Below, in pieces: positions 1-13,155 of a DNA stretch of 40,066 bases; the stretch's first letter is position 1; every line of letters starts with the position of its first letter. The stretch covers positions 133,430 to 173,495 of the forward strand of contig NW_005434572.1 of NCBI RefSeq assembly GCF_000315625.1. Reading direction: 5' to 3'. The stretch comes from Guillardia theta CCMP2712. Taxonomy: Eukaryota > Protista > Cryptophyta. The translations under genes were made by a program, and so were the position numbers. The notes beneath the pieces are model-generated. The model worked only from the letters and a program-made list of their open reading frames with translations. It made no database searches and was not told the origin of the DNA.

Positions 1-398
1 CCTCCGCATTGCGCTAAAGAACGTACAGTTTCTTGCCCGACCCAAAACTTTTTAAGTCAAATTCAGGACTCACTCTTTTTCGGGAACCGCAACAAAGCCT
101 GAGGGAATGGCGAGGGAGGAGGAGGAAGGAGGAGGAGGGGGAGGAGGAAGGGAGGGAGCGAGATGGCAAGAGAGCAAGAGTGCAGAAGGAAGATAGGAGG
201 GAGAGATATGAAAGTGAAGGGTGACCATTGATAAGGAATGTAGTAATAACGATTGCAACTCAACTAGGAAGGGTTGACATGACATGAGTCTGGTCTAGCA
301 CAAGGCCCTCCTTGTCCTTTCTTTACATATATATCCCTCCTCCTCTTCCAACTCTATCTACTTCCCCAACCATCAACCTGATCATCCTGCCCCTCCAG

Positions 399-1388
399 AT
401 GTTCCAGGACATCCGCACTGTCTACGAGTCCCTCTCCTCCATGCCCTTGTCCAGCGTCACCGACTGCTACGACAGCAACGGAGACCTCAACGCAGGCGTC
501 GCCTCCTCCACATGGCCGGTCGGCGTGATCAAGAACTGCGGCAGCGCCGTCGCCAACACGACCTGGTAGGGAAGAGCGGGGGTTGCGGGGACAGGGGCAG
601 GCGGAGGGGCGGGAGGAAAAGCCGTGACACAGGAGGACGCAGGTCCAAGACGCTGTCTGACGGATCTCCCGTGAACGACATGAAGTCAGCCGCCTCCTAC
701 TCGGGCAGCACCAACCCCGACGGCATCTTCAAGTGAGCGACAAGAGGAGGGATGGCGAGAGGCAGGAGGAGGAGAGGGGGAGGAGAGAGGAGGGAAAGAA
801 GGAGGGATGGAGAAGTGAAGGAGGAGAGGAAGAGATGGGTTGGAAAGAGGGGGGACGAGGAGGAGGGAGGAAACAATGAGGGGGAGGAAGGAGGAAGAAG
901 AGGACGAGGAGGAGGGAGGGAGGAAAAAAATGAGAGGGAGGAAGGAAGGAGAAGAGGACGAGGAGAGAGGGAGGGAGCTGACGAGGGCGAGCAGGTACGG
1001 CGTCGACATGGACTTCTACGGATGCGTGTACCACGATCCCAACTGGAAGACGTCGGGAGTCTCCGACGAGGTNNNNNNNNNNNNNNNNNNNNNNNNNNNN
1101 NNNNNNNNNNNNNNNNNNNNNNNNNNNNNNNNNNNNNNNNNNNNNNNNNNNNNNNNNNNNNNNNNNNNNNNNGAGGCAAGGGAGGAGAAGGCGATGGGGG
1201 AGGGAGGGAGGCAAGCGGCAGGGGGGCAAGGATCGTATGCAGGGGGTTGCAGTAGCGCGGGAGGAAGAGAAGAGGAGGAGGAGAGGAGGGAAAAGAACGA
1301 GGACAGGAGGAGACGGAGAGGCTGACGGGAAGGGATGCAGGTGCTTCCAGCGAGCGATGCTCGTTGCACGACGGTTCCTACTCCTTGA
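399..1388 (+). CDS. 3' part of a spliced hypothetical protein (5' end probably upstream of the window; one gap inside)
   Basis: In-phase exons ~399-566 (MFQDIRTVYESL...ANTTW), ~643-732, ~994-1070 (YGVDMDFYGCVYHDPNWKTSGVSDE) and 1341-1388 (VLPASDARCTTVPTP*). GT..AG introns with CTGAC/GTGAC branch sites and high GC3. No family recognised. Confidence 0.6.
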
Positions 1389-1633
1389 GGTGGAAGAGGA
1401 CTGTGTAGACTGCGTTCCGGGGATAGGATAGGAGTGAAGAGCAACGTTATGAACACGAACGGTCTTGCCTTGTTCACCCTGGTGCGCGTTCCTGGTGTAG
1501 TCTTGAAGTCAACTCATGCTGACAATCTTCTCTTTCGACATCCGTTGCTGCGAGGCTCTACTTGTCAAAGGCGGTTGAGGAGGGACTGACAACGAGCGTA
1601 AGTAGGAGAAGCGAGTGGAAAACGCAGAGTAAT

Positions 1634-3781
<2,148 letters not shown>

Positions 3782-4223
3782 ATCCGAGCAGCTCCTCCTC
3801 CTCTCCCAGCCCTATCAGATCCAGTCTGTTTGAGGTAAGTCAGCCGGAAAGAGTTTAACATTCGAATGGTTTCAGACACGTTGGAAGTTTCAACTTTAGA
3901 GAAGTTCTGAGTGATACAAAGTTTGCGAACTTGTAGACTATTGTTGTATCATCTGAGCAAGCGCTGTCTATGACCATGCCATGCCAACTTCCCAATCATG
4001 TACTCAGTTCTCTCTCATCTTCTCGCATGTGCTCACGTCTCATCTCCTGTTCCTTGTCTTCTCTTCGCTGCAACTTCACCATTTACAACTCCATTTTGCA
4101 GCTTCTCCATTTCGTTGTATTTCTCTAACGATCTCGTAAGTGCCTCATAACCGCCTCTCCAGGGACCCATAACGTCAATTGCAGCCGTTACACTGAAGAG
4201 TCACCGGATATAGTGAGGGGTCC

Positions 4224-5161
4224 ATGGCAGGGGCAAGGGCAGTAGCGGCATGGCTGAGCGCTGCCGCTCTGTGTGCTCTTCTTGCTACCATGATGAAAGA
4301 TGATATTCGAGTTATGCTAAAACAGGTGATGATGTCTTGCTGGCCCTATGCTCCTCGTCCTCCTCTTGCCCCTCCACTCCCCCACAATCGCTGCCTTGAA
4401 TTGAATGATTTGACAATGAGCTGACGCTGTTTTCCCCCTCTTTCCCCGCAGAGATTGAATTTCCTTAACAACTATTCAGTTAGAACCGATGATTTAGATA
4501 AAATGGTAAGAGCAAGACTCGCTCTTCGATGCGCTCTAACGCTACTTGCAGCTGGAAAAATACAGGATCGAGAGGGACGTCGCGCTTGCTGCCATAGGCC
4601 ACCACTCGCTCACGGAAGTACCTGCGCACGATCCCAAATCTGAACGAGAAAAGCTAAGAGAACTGAGGCAGCGTGCGATAGAGAAGGTAGTTTGGTGTAC
4701 CTGCATTGCAAGGGAATGACATCGTCCTTGGGTGGCAGCTGCACAGAATTTCACGGGGGCGACGAGATTATTCTCTCGGGATCAAGGAAGGGGACCTCAA
4801 GACTGCAGCGAACCCTGACTGTGACGAGGGGGACGCTCGGCTCGGGCTTTGCGGGGTTGAGGTTCCATCTCCCGAAGACGAGGAGATGCACAGTGCGGAG
4901 GCCAAGGTGGAAAAGCAGCTCACGGCGAGAGAAAAGGCGGACGACGCAGAAAGGGCTGAGATCATGAAGCAAATCAACTCGAAGAGGCTTGCAAAGGCGC
5001 AAGTGCTCATGAAGAAACTCTCGGAAACAGATCAGAGGATCAACGAACTGGTCCATCACACCTTGAAGGTAGCAAACATCCTTGCCGCTTGGTTTGGCGA
5101 AGCTGATCCTCCGCAGGTGGCCGCGATGGCACCGCACACGCCCAGCGGAGATGAAGGATGA
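4224..5161 (+). CDS. Hypothetical protein with N-terminal signal/TM segment and coiled coil
   Basis: MAGARAVAAWLSAAALCALLATMM... joined by 4 GT..AG introns in phase to ...LEKYRIERDVALAAIG...LHRISRG...AEIMKQINSKRLAKAQVLMKKL...VAAMAPHTPSGDEG*. Confidence 0.65.
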
Positions 5162-5378
5162 TGTGTTGGAGAACGCTGCCAGAGTGCAGAGAAGAAACGC
5201 AAACCATCAAAAAACAACAAATTCTTTATTCTTATCGCACAAGCCAATCAACAAGAGTCATGCATGCCCGTCTTCCCAAGCGAACAGAAAAGTGAATCTC
5301 CTTCTTGAGTAAAATTCTATCTTATCATACGAGGACGAGTTCAAGGATTATTATACAGGACAACATCGCTACTTGGCA

Positions 5379-6239
5379 TCAACAATGACCAAAGCACTTG
5401 GTTGCACCCAGAATGATTATCAGCATGACAACCTAAAAAAACAGCATCTTAAGCTTCATGCACCACGTCGACTCTAACTCACCGAAACAGAGCCAACAAT
5501 GATGATCTGCAATTTCAAGTTGTGCCACCAAAGCTTCCTCTGCAGCTGTTTGCTTGATCTCTTGAATTTCAAGGCTTGTTCGCTCAAGTCGCCTGACTTG
5601 TCGACAAGAAGCTCGATCTTGTCACCTCGATCTAAGATCCTCTCGATGTTCTCTGACATCACTTGCTTGACCTCCTCGATCTCTCCCTTTACCTTGCGAA
5701 TGTGATCTGGTGCGTTCTGTTCAGTCTACAAGCAGTGAGTGCGCAAAAGTTCAACATTACCGGCCTCTGGGTTGCTGTTGTAAAATTCCATCTTCTCGCT
5801 CAGCACTTTGCCGAACGTTTTGTTCATCTCATACGCCACAGCTCTACACAACATGATCCATGTCAACAACAACCTCACAAGGCATCTCAGGTTGACATTA
5901 CGTTCCGAGGATGTCCGAATATTTCTCTTCGAACTGTTGTTTGATGTCTTCCAAGAAGGCAAACGCAATGCGGCGTTGGAAATCCTTGTTGGCCATGCAG
6001 ATGTACACGATTCCTTGCTCGGTGATGAGGTGGAATACAAACTCGTCATATTTGTACGAGTGCTTGCCCTCTTGGGTAGAGTCGAACTTCTCAAGAATGG
6101 TTCTTGTAACCTGCTGAAAGTTCCCGCTCTCGCTGCACCTCAACGTTAGCAGAAGCCCGTCTCCATGTGCGCATTGTCACCTTGTGTGTTCGCAGAACAC
6201 TGTAGTTCCACGACTTATCAGGCTGTACACAATCGACAT
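5379..6239 (-). CDS. VAMP7: VAMP7/VAMP71-type longin R-SNARE
   Basis: Longin domain MSIVYSLISRGTTVFCEH...GNFQQVTRTILEK...HSYKYDEFVFH...RRIAFAFLEDIKQQF; R-SNARE motif VMSENIERILDRGDKIELLVDKSGDL...LWWHNLK; TM ending VVMLIIILGATKCFGHC*. Confidence 0.95.
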
Positions 6240-6919
6240 TCTGCCAGCCGAAATCAGCATGAATGGGACTGAACAAGATTGCCTCAGAAGTTCAAATACT
6301 AAACGACTTCAAGACACTCCCTCAAATTAACATCAACTAGGATATTAGGCAGGTTATCCATTTGAGGATCACATTTCAATCACCACACTCCCTTCAACAC
6401 CAACTAATTTTCACCCTGGCTCAGACCAAAACTCTGCAACACTGAACCTTTCTGCTGGAACAAACTTTCTGGTTTGCCTGGCTCGCAACGGAACCAGCTG
6501 GACAACAACCAAACAACTCGCTGCATTGAAAAATATCCTTCATATCATCGATCTTGGTCTTCATATCATCCTCCGATCGTAGCTCCTCTCCTTTCCCTCC
6601 CTGACCTCCGCCAAGCCATGCGCCCTCCTCTTCTGATTTCAATTCCACCTCCCCACGCATACCGGGCCCGACCCGGCGATGACGGTCCCCCTTGCTACTG
6701 AGATTGAAACGGTTTTCAACGGTCATGACATCATCAGGTGCAAGGTCGATACGTCGAATGAGTTGTCAGGGCTGACGGCAAATTTGGTAAACCATTGCCT
6801 AAAATTTGAAATTATGATGAGATGATAGAATTATTTCTAGTCATTTTGAACGTGTGCTACACTCCTGAAGTCTATTTTCAAAAGGTCAAGATTCTGGACT
6901 ACCTCCGTGTTTGTCAACC

Positions 6920-7530
6920 TGAAAGTACCCCTAGTTGAGATAGGGAGTCAACTCATCCCTACCCCCTACCCCCTCTATTCTGGTCTATAACATGGTAGGA
7001 GGTTCACATTTGACTACCCCACCCCGCTACACAACCCTTTCGGCAACTCACACCGTGCCTGTCAGCACAGTCACCCCCACCCCACTCGCAACGTCTGATT
7101 ACTGATCCCCACCCTCGCTTGTTCTGGAAGTACCCTACCCTTTACTAGCCTCTAGGCTCTTCTACCACCTACCCATGAACATATGGTTTGCTCCACCGTC
7201 ACCTGTGATAAAATCACAGGTAAGACTACCCACCCTTTTCCCTATGCTAAACCCTACCCAGTTCAGGCGGTTGAAATGACCACCGGTGGTAGTTATTACC
7301 CCATCAAAAAATGATGAAATGACCGGTGTTGAATAATCATTCTACATTATGTCGGAAGTACCCACCCATAGATCGGAAGAGATACCCGTCCCCTTTTCAA
7401 TGACCATATCCACCCACCTCACTAAAACGAACAAATATTCTTTACAATGGAGGGGTAGTGCATACACCCCTGAGATAAACGCATAGGGATAAGGTCACAC
7501 CACCCCATTGTCAACTACCCCTACCCCCTC
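6920..7530. promoter_or_regulatory. TACCCC/CACCCC-dense island in the head-to-head intergenic region
   Basis: Many (T/C)ACCC(C) motifs, nearly all on the + strand. Perfect hairpin ACCTGTGAT-aaa-ATCACAGGT at 7201-7221 and palindrome ACCACCGGTGGT at 7279-7290. No credible ORF. Regulatory role is inferred. Confidence 0.45.
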
Positions 7531-7922
7531 CATGGACGTGGTTGATGACCACAGTGAGCCAATACCATCCGCCCGCCCAGCCCCGACCGGGAGTTCCCTT
7601 GCTCGCCCCCGCTCCGCCATAACAGCTTCCTCCTCTTCCCAGCTCTTACTTCCCTCGAGCTTACTGCCTGACAGAGAGCTCCTTGACCTCTTACTTGTCG
7701 CACTTCCTTGTTTCTGCCTCACGTCTCTCGTCCTTTGGAAGAATCTGTCTTTCCACCCCGGCGTGACTAGTTCAACTCTGTTTTGACGAAACGTTCTACG
7801 GGACAAATATCTCTTCGCGTCCCCTCTTTTCTTGCAAACATCAATTCAATCTGACGTCATATAATTTCTTCAATCTAAGTCACGACATCCTCACATCGGG
7901 AAGGACTTCTAAGACACCACCC

Positions 7923-8288
7923 ATGAACAACTTGTCGCGAAGGCTGGTCAGCCAAACGGTCGCTCATCAACGCAGATTCTCTCTCACTGCGCACAGAATC
8001 ACCAAGCTCTATGTATTCGGCATGACAACCTTTGGCTTCACAGGCCTTGGCTTGATATTCGCCCAGCGAAATTACCAGCGACTCATGTACATGAAGGAAC
8101 ATGGCATTGATGACTTCGAAGGCCACGACCTGCCTGCTTGCGGATGCGGTGCTGGACATCTCCCTTGCAAGGGATCATCGTCTATCCACCACCATCATCC
8201 CCCCTCGACCTTGAGACACTTTGTGACAGGGACAGAACCACCTCACATCGAGCTGATGGATCGCTGGTTAGCTCCCATTGACCAGTGA
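7923..8288 (+). CDS. Small single-TM protein with a mitochondrial-like presequence
   Basis: MNNLSRRLVSQTVAHQRRFS (R/S-rich, no acidic residues), TM LYVFGMTTFGFTGLGLIFA, then a C-x-C-x3-H segment. Probable in-frame GC-AG intron 8167-8229. Confidence 0.65.
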   Translation: MNNLSRRLVSQTVAHQRRFSLTAHRITKLYVFGMTTFGFTGLGLIFAQRNYQRLMYMKEHGIDDFEGHDLPACGCGAGHLPCKGSSSIHHHHPPSTLRHFVTGTEPPHIELMDRWLAPIDQ

Positions 8289-8880
8289 GCATGCGTTGGT
8301 CTGAAATACAAAATTTGGGGATGGGAATCATTCCGTATTGAGCTTGGTAAGAGAAACTGGAAATTGTGAGCTGGACAAGTTGAGATCAGCTTCGTGCTCT
8401 TATTGGAGTTGATCGGGTGTCTATCGCTGTGAAGCTGTGCTGTATTTGACGACAGCACTCAGATTGTATTTACTGCATTTTTGTCTAAAGTTTGGTTGCA
8501 ACCCTCTGCAACTTTGTACAACAAGAGATTCGTTGTTTTGAGACTCTCCCTTTGAATCTAGATCTACTGTAAAACTTACAGATCTGTAATGAAGACCATG
8601 CCCTTACCTTTGGTAATGGTTATCGAACCATTTGTGAGAAAATGAAAAGGTCCACCGTATGAAACCGAATAATAAGTCTTGCAAGTGCTATGACGGGTTG
8701 TGGTAAGATGCACGTGAAGAATAGCGAAATAGACACCACTTGCTCAGATTTCCAATGAAATTCACTGTACATCATTGATTGATAATGCATGAATGGAACT
8801 TGTCTCATGTAACTGAACTGGATCTCATACAGAAGACTAAGAACTCCGAAACAAAAAGATGGTCGTGCGATCGGACATCA

Positions 8881-10114
8881 TCAGTTCAGTTTTTGATCCT
8901 TTGTCTCCACTTTCACTGTGCTTCGGCATCTGTTCTTCCTCCCTCTGGATTCACTCCGATGGATATTTCGCCTCTTCTGTGAACGCGCCTTTGCCTTCCC
9001 CATGGCCTTCCTGTACTTGTCAACTGCTACGTCGCTGTACACGAGAACAACCTTATATGTGCAATCATCCTTGTCGTAAAACATGGAGCCCTTCAAGTCA
9101 TTGATAGTGTTCCCTCCCTTTGTCTTGGTGTACAGCGACATCAGGCCAGCCTGCTGCATCATATTGGAAGCATCGTTGCTGTAGTCCGATCTGCTCGCGT
9201 CATGCGCTCGCTTCTGCTTTCCGTTGACCTGCACAGCCTGCTTTACATCTCGCACGATTTCTGAAAACGCCTTGTGTATGTCTACCATGTCTGGAACCTG
9301 TCCAGGGTCTGAAGGTTTGATGGGAATGAACATCCCGTCTACTCGGAAATGCTCGTCTTTGCACAAGTAAATCATCCTCCTATCTTCAGCTGCTCTGTCC
9401 CTTCCTCCGTCTTGGTGGTAAACCCGCTTCAGCAATGCCATGGCTCCTCTTTTGCAGGCCTTTTCGATGAAGAGATGCCCCAAGCAAATCATCCTTCCTT
9501 TCTCTAATACGACGGAGCAGCCATCAAGACTGGACTTGATCAAGCAGTTGCACTCATCCGCTGGAGTTTCATCGCTGTAAGGCATGTTCATAGCTTCACC
9601 ATTTGCATTATTCTGTCCCAATTCAGTCTGGCAAAGGCTGCTACCTCTCCTGCTACGTTCATGATCTGAAGCGATGCTCCCATCTTCATGGTTTGCAATG
9701 TCGTCAAAAGGGCTATTGACCATCAAATTGGCACTCAACATTCCATCATCGACAGGATAGACTCTCTCCAGCGTTTCTTCAAGGTATGTGTCGACAAGAC
9801 TTGTAGATTGCGCGCCATGACACCCCATCATTTCTGACGAAAGGGCGACCATAGCGCCGATTTCATCGGGCAGGGGGGAATATCTCCATCGCTCATCGAG
9901 GTCGCTAAACATTTCAGAAGGAAGCTCCTCATCGGATCTGGCATGTGCGGAGGGCTGGATGAAGAAGTCTATGGTGTCAGTGCAGCGGAGGGGGGGAGGA
10001 GATGAGGGGATCAGGGCGCACGGGGCTGGAAGCAACACCATGACCAGATTCCTTGGCAGAAAGCAACTGATACCACCCCCTGATTTGACCATGAAAGGAC
10101 CCGTTCGATTCCAT
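8881..10114 (-). CDS. Hypothetical protein (~385 aa) with a basic C-terminus, possibly nuclear
   Basis: Exon 1 MESNGSFHGQIRGWYQLLSAKES (ATG 10114), intron 9969-10044 (GTCATG...CTGACACCATAG), then a >1 kb complex ORF ending in K/R-rich KAKARSQKRR. No family recognised. Confidence 0.7.
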
Positions 10115-10699
10115 CAGGATATAAATGTAAATTACATTCAAACATTTGAAATTTAATTGTGATATATTTCAAATTGTTGTGTCTGGCATGTTAAAAGTGA
10201 TGTTATCAAGTGTTGTACCATGCGTCTTCTTTGGTGGAGGCGGATCTGATTTTTAAAATGATTAAAATCATCATTACAAATACAAAGAAGAGCTGGTATA
10301 GTAAATGGTACAAAAATTTGGATACAAAAGAGAGATATGGTTTATTATATTTAAATACAAGATTTTAATATAATTTTATTTGTACCAGAGTATATTTCTC
10401 ACAGTACCCAAAACTTGTTAGTTCAATTGATGTCTGCACCGACCCCGCAAGAGCTCTAGGACTACTAGGACCTCTTCCTAGGACTAATGACCACCAATCC
10501 TAGTTGACATTTTGCTAGGCCCTATAGCATCACTCGCTAGTATTGTAGGGATAGTGATCTACTTCCTGGGTCCTAGGGAAGTCCTAGGGAAGGATGCCGC
10601 CCCCTCGCGATGCTGAACTGCCGTACACGAGGGGGAAGGGGAGGAAGGGGCGGGAAGGAGAGGGATATGATGAGAAGGGCAGGAGCATGAGAGTGCACG

Positions 10700-13093
10700 A
10701 TGAACGATGGATTGATCGTTAGGGAGGGAGAGGATGAGGATGTTGAGAAGGTTGCATCGAGGTGCGTTGACCTGCTGTTGGACCAGCTCGGTTTGAAGGA
10801 TGAGTAGTAGGGCTGCATGCGAGGCGTGAAGGATTGGCAAGAGGAAGCTGCGGATTATACCTTAACTTTGTGTTTGAGAATGAGGGGGAGAATGATTTTG
10901 GCGCTGTGAAGAGAAACATTGACTTTGTCTTCTTCCTCAATGCCATGAGCCCTGATGTGACAATTGAACAGGGGCCGGGCATAGAAATTCTGGTGCAGCT
11001 CTCACGATGAAAGCTGTTGCCAAGCGAGTAGCTCAATCTGCAGGCTCTGCCCTCTGGGCAGGAACAACTGGGCTGACTGACACGGGAGGTGGAGCAACTG
11101 ACGTCATTGTTGTCCGGTGCGGTTCAGTGCATAATCTTGTGATACTCCATTGACGAGCTAAATCTGCAGACACTCGAACGGGAGGCTTGTGAGCACGAGC
11201 TTCCATGCTCAGCTCCCCAAGCTGTCGAAGCAGGACTTCATGGGCACCAGGGTCTCTTTGTTCGTGAACAACATCCCGACAGGCGTGTCGATGGTGCTAG
11301 ACAGAGAGCTCATCTGCTGCTTCGATGACGGGAGCTACCGCGCGTCCCATGCAGACTTGGAGAGCATGAACTTGCGCTCTGGAAAGAACACGATTCGCTA
11401 CGAGATGATCCACCCCTGTAACAATGATAGAAGATACACAGTTCGGGCTAACATCCATCTGTGGAATGTCTGGGACAAGATAACGGTTGTTGACATTGAT
11501 GGGACAGTGACAAAGACAGATGTTGCCGGGTTCGGCGCAGAGAAGTTGGGGTACGAATACATCCATTCGGGGGTCTGCGAGGCTGTCACAGAGATCTCAA
11601 GGCAGGGTTACCGAATCCTGTTTCTGACCTCTCGCGCTATCACACTCGCTCAATCAACACGGGAGTTTCTTTGCACCATTGGTCAGTCGAATGGAGGGAC
11701 CGGCATGCCGGTAGGCATTGCTCTGCCAGCATTGTTTTGATGTTGACATGTGTGGTGGTTCAGGAGTTTTGTCTGATTACAACGACTGAGCGTTTTTTGC
11801 CTTCCCTCGTGGTTGGTGTGCGATCAGCTGATAAGTTCAAGACTGTGGCCTTGCAGGTCATGAGCGCTGCTTTCAGTGCACACCTGTCCTGAAGACTTGT
11901 ACAGGAGATCCTCAGAATTTTCAATCCAGAGATGCAAAGTATCAAGAGGGCAGATGATGTAGTCGAGCAGGTATGGCAACCTTCTGCCTTGTCCCTGTTA
12001 GCGCCTATTTCTCTCATACGCGTCCCTCCACATCCTCTCTGATTCTGAGCCGTTCCTTATTCCTGCATCCTGTCATTCGCTTTGCTTTGCAGATTCCTGG
12101 TTGGCGTCTGGATACCGCTCCTGTCCTTGTCGGAGCAGAAAAATGGGACAAGGTGAAGATGGAGGAGGATGAGTTAGGACGAGCTCACGCACCTCCAGCT
12201 CTGGCATGGACCCTCTGAGACGGAAGACGATGAAGCCAGCAACGCGAGCACGCATGCTGGGAGCGACTCGGACAAGGACAAAGATCGGCTAGGTGTGCCA
12301 TTTATTTCGCACTCTCTTGCAGAATGTTCACACTTGCTCTTTCCATTCTTCCCCCTCTCACCTGGCTCCTCCTCTTGCTTGTTGCTCATTTTCCCTACAC
12401 TTTCCCGTCTCACTGATATGCCATCACAGGAGGCCTTGATGCTGAGGACTCGGATGTAGCACAGCGCAACACCTTGAAGCGCGATGCCGACAGCTTCTCG
12501 AGCTCCTCTGGCGTCATGGGCTCCGGGTCAAAAGATCCTTCTGGCACGTTCGTGTGCGGGTTCGGCAACAGATTGACAGACACGGCTGCCTACAACGCCG
12601 TGGGAATCCCTCCCGAGAGAAATTTCCTCATCGATCAGTCATCCCAGGTCAGCCGCAATCCCTTGACTCCTCAACTCGTCTCCTTCACTCCTCTCCTTTC
12701 CTTCACTCTTCTCCTCCCCTTGTTTTCCTCCTTCGTTGCCTCTCTAGTTGAATCTCTAGATGTCTCCTCTGCTCTCGTCTTACAGTCCTGTCGACGTCAC
12801 TGACCCTCTCCGTCATAGATAAGGATGACGGGTGTTTATAACCAAGTCTTCGATGGCTACACCGGTTTGCTCCCTCACATTCGACGCCTCCTGCCTGCTC
12901 TGAACTCAAGAGGGGAGCCTCTCTACCGGAAGAAAGGAAGGTAGGACCTGCTTTCCTCCTCTCTTGCTCTCACCGCAACTGGTGTCTTGTGATTGCATGT
13001 TCGCTCTTGCCCTTTCTTGTTGTGGTACTAACTTGTCCTGCTCTCAGAGGAACATGTCCGCTTGACTGCGACTGCGATGAAGTGGTTTTGTGA
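10700..13093 (+). CDS. PAH1: Lipin/PAH Mg-dependent phosphatidate phosphatase (N-LIP + LNS2/HAD)
   Basis: N-LIP-like NIDFVFF...STSFHAQLPKL...VSLFVNNIPTGVSMVL; HAD motif I VVDIDGTVTKTD; LFLTSRA; KFK; GFGNRLTDTAAYNAVGIP. Start codon uncertain (~10700); stop ~13093. Confidence 0.9.
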
Positions 13094-13155
13094 TGTTTCG
13101 TATTTTTTCTTCTTCTGATCTTCTATGAACAAACGTTGTGAATGTGAACACATCC

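Noticed and set aside
6421-6726. 101-aa minus-strand ORF upstream of VAMP7
   Set aside because: No recognisable content; more likely 5' UTR, intron or promoter of VAMP7.
6920-7530. Interstitial telomere repeats
   Set aside because: The C-rich motifs are dispersed and variable, not a tandem fixed unit.
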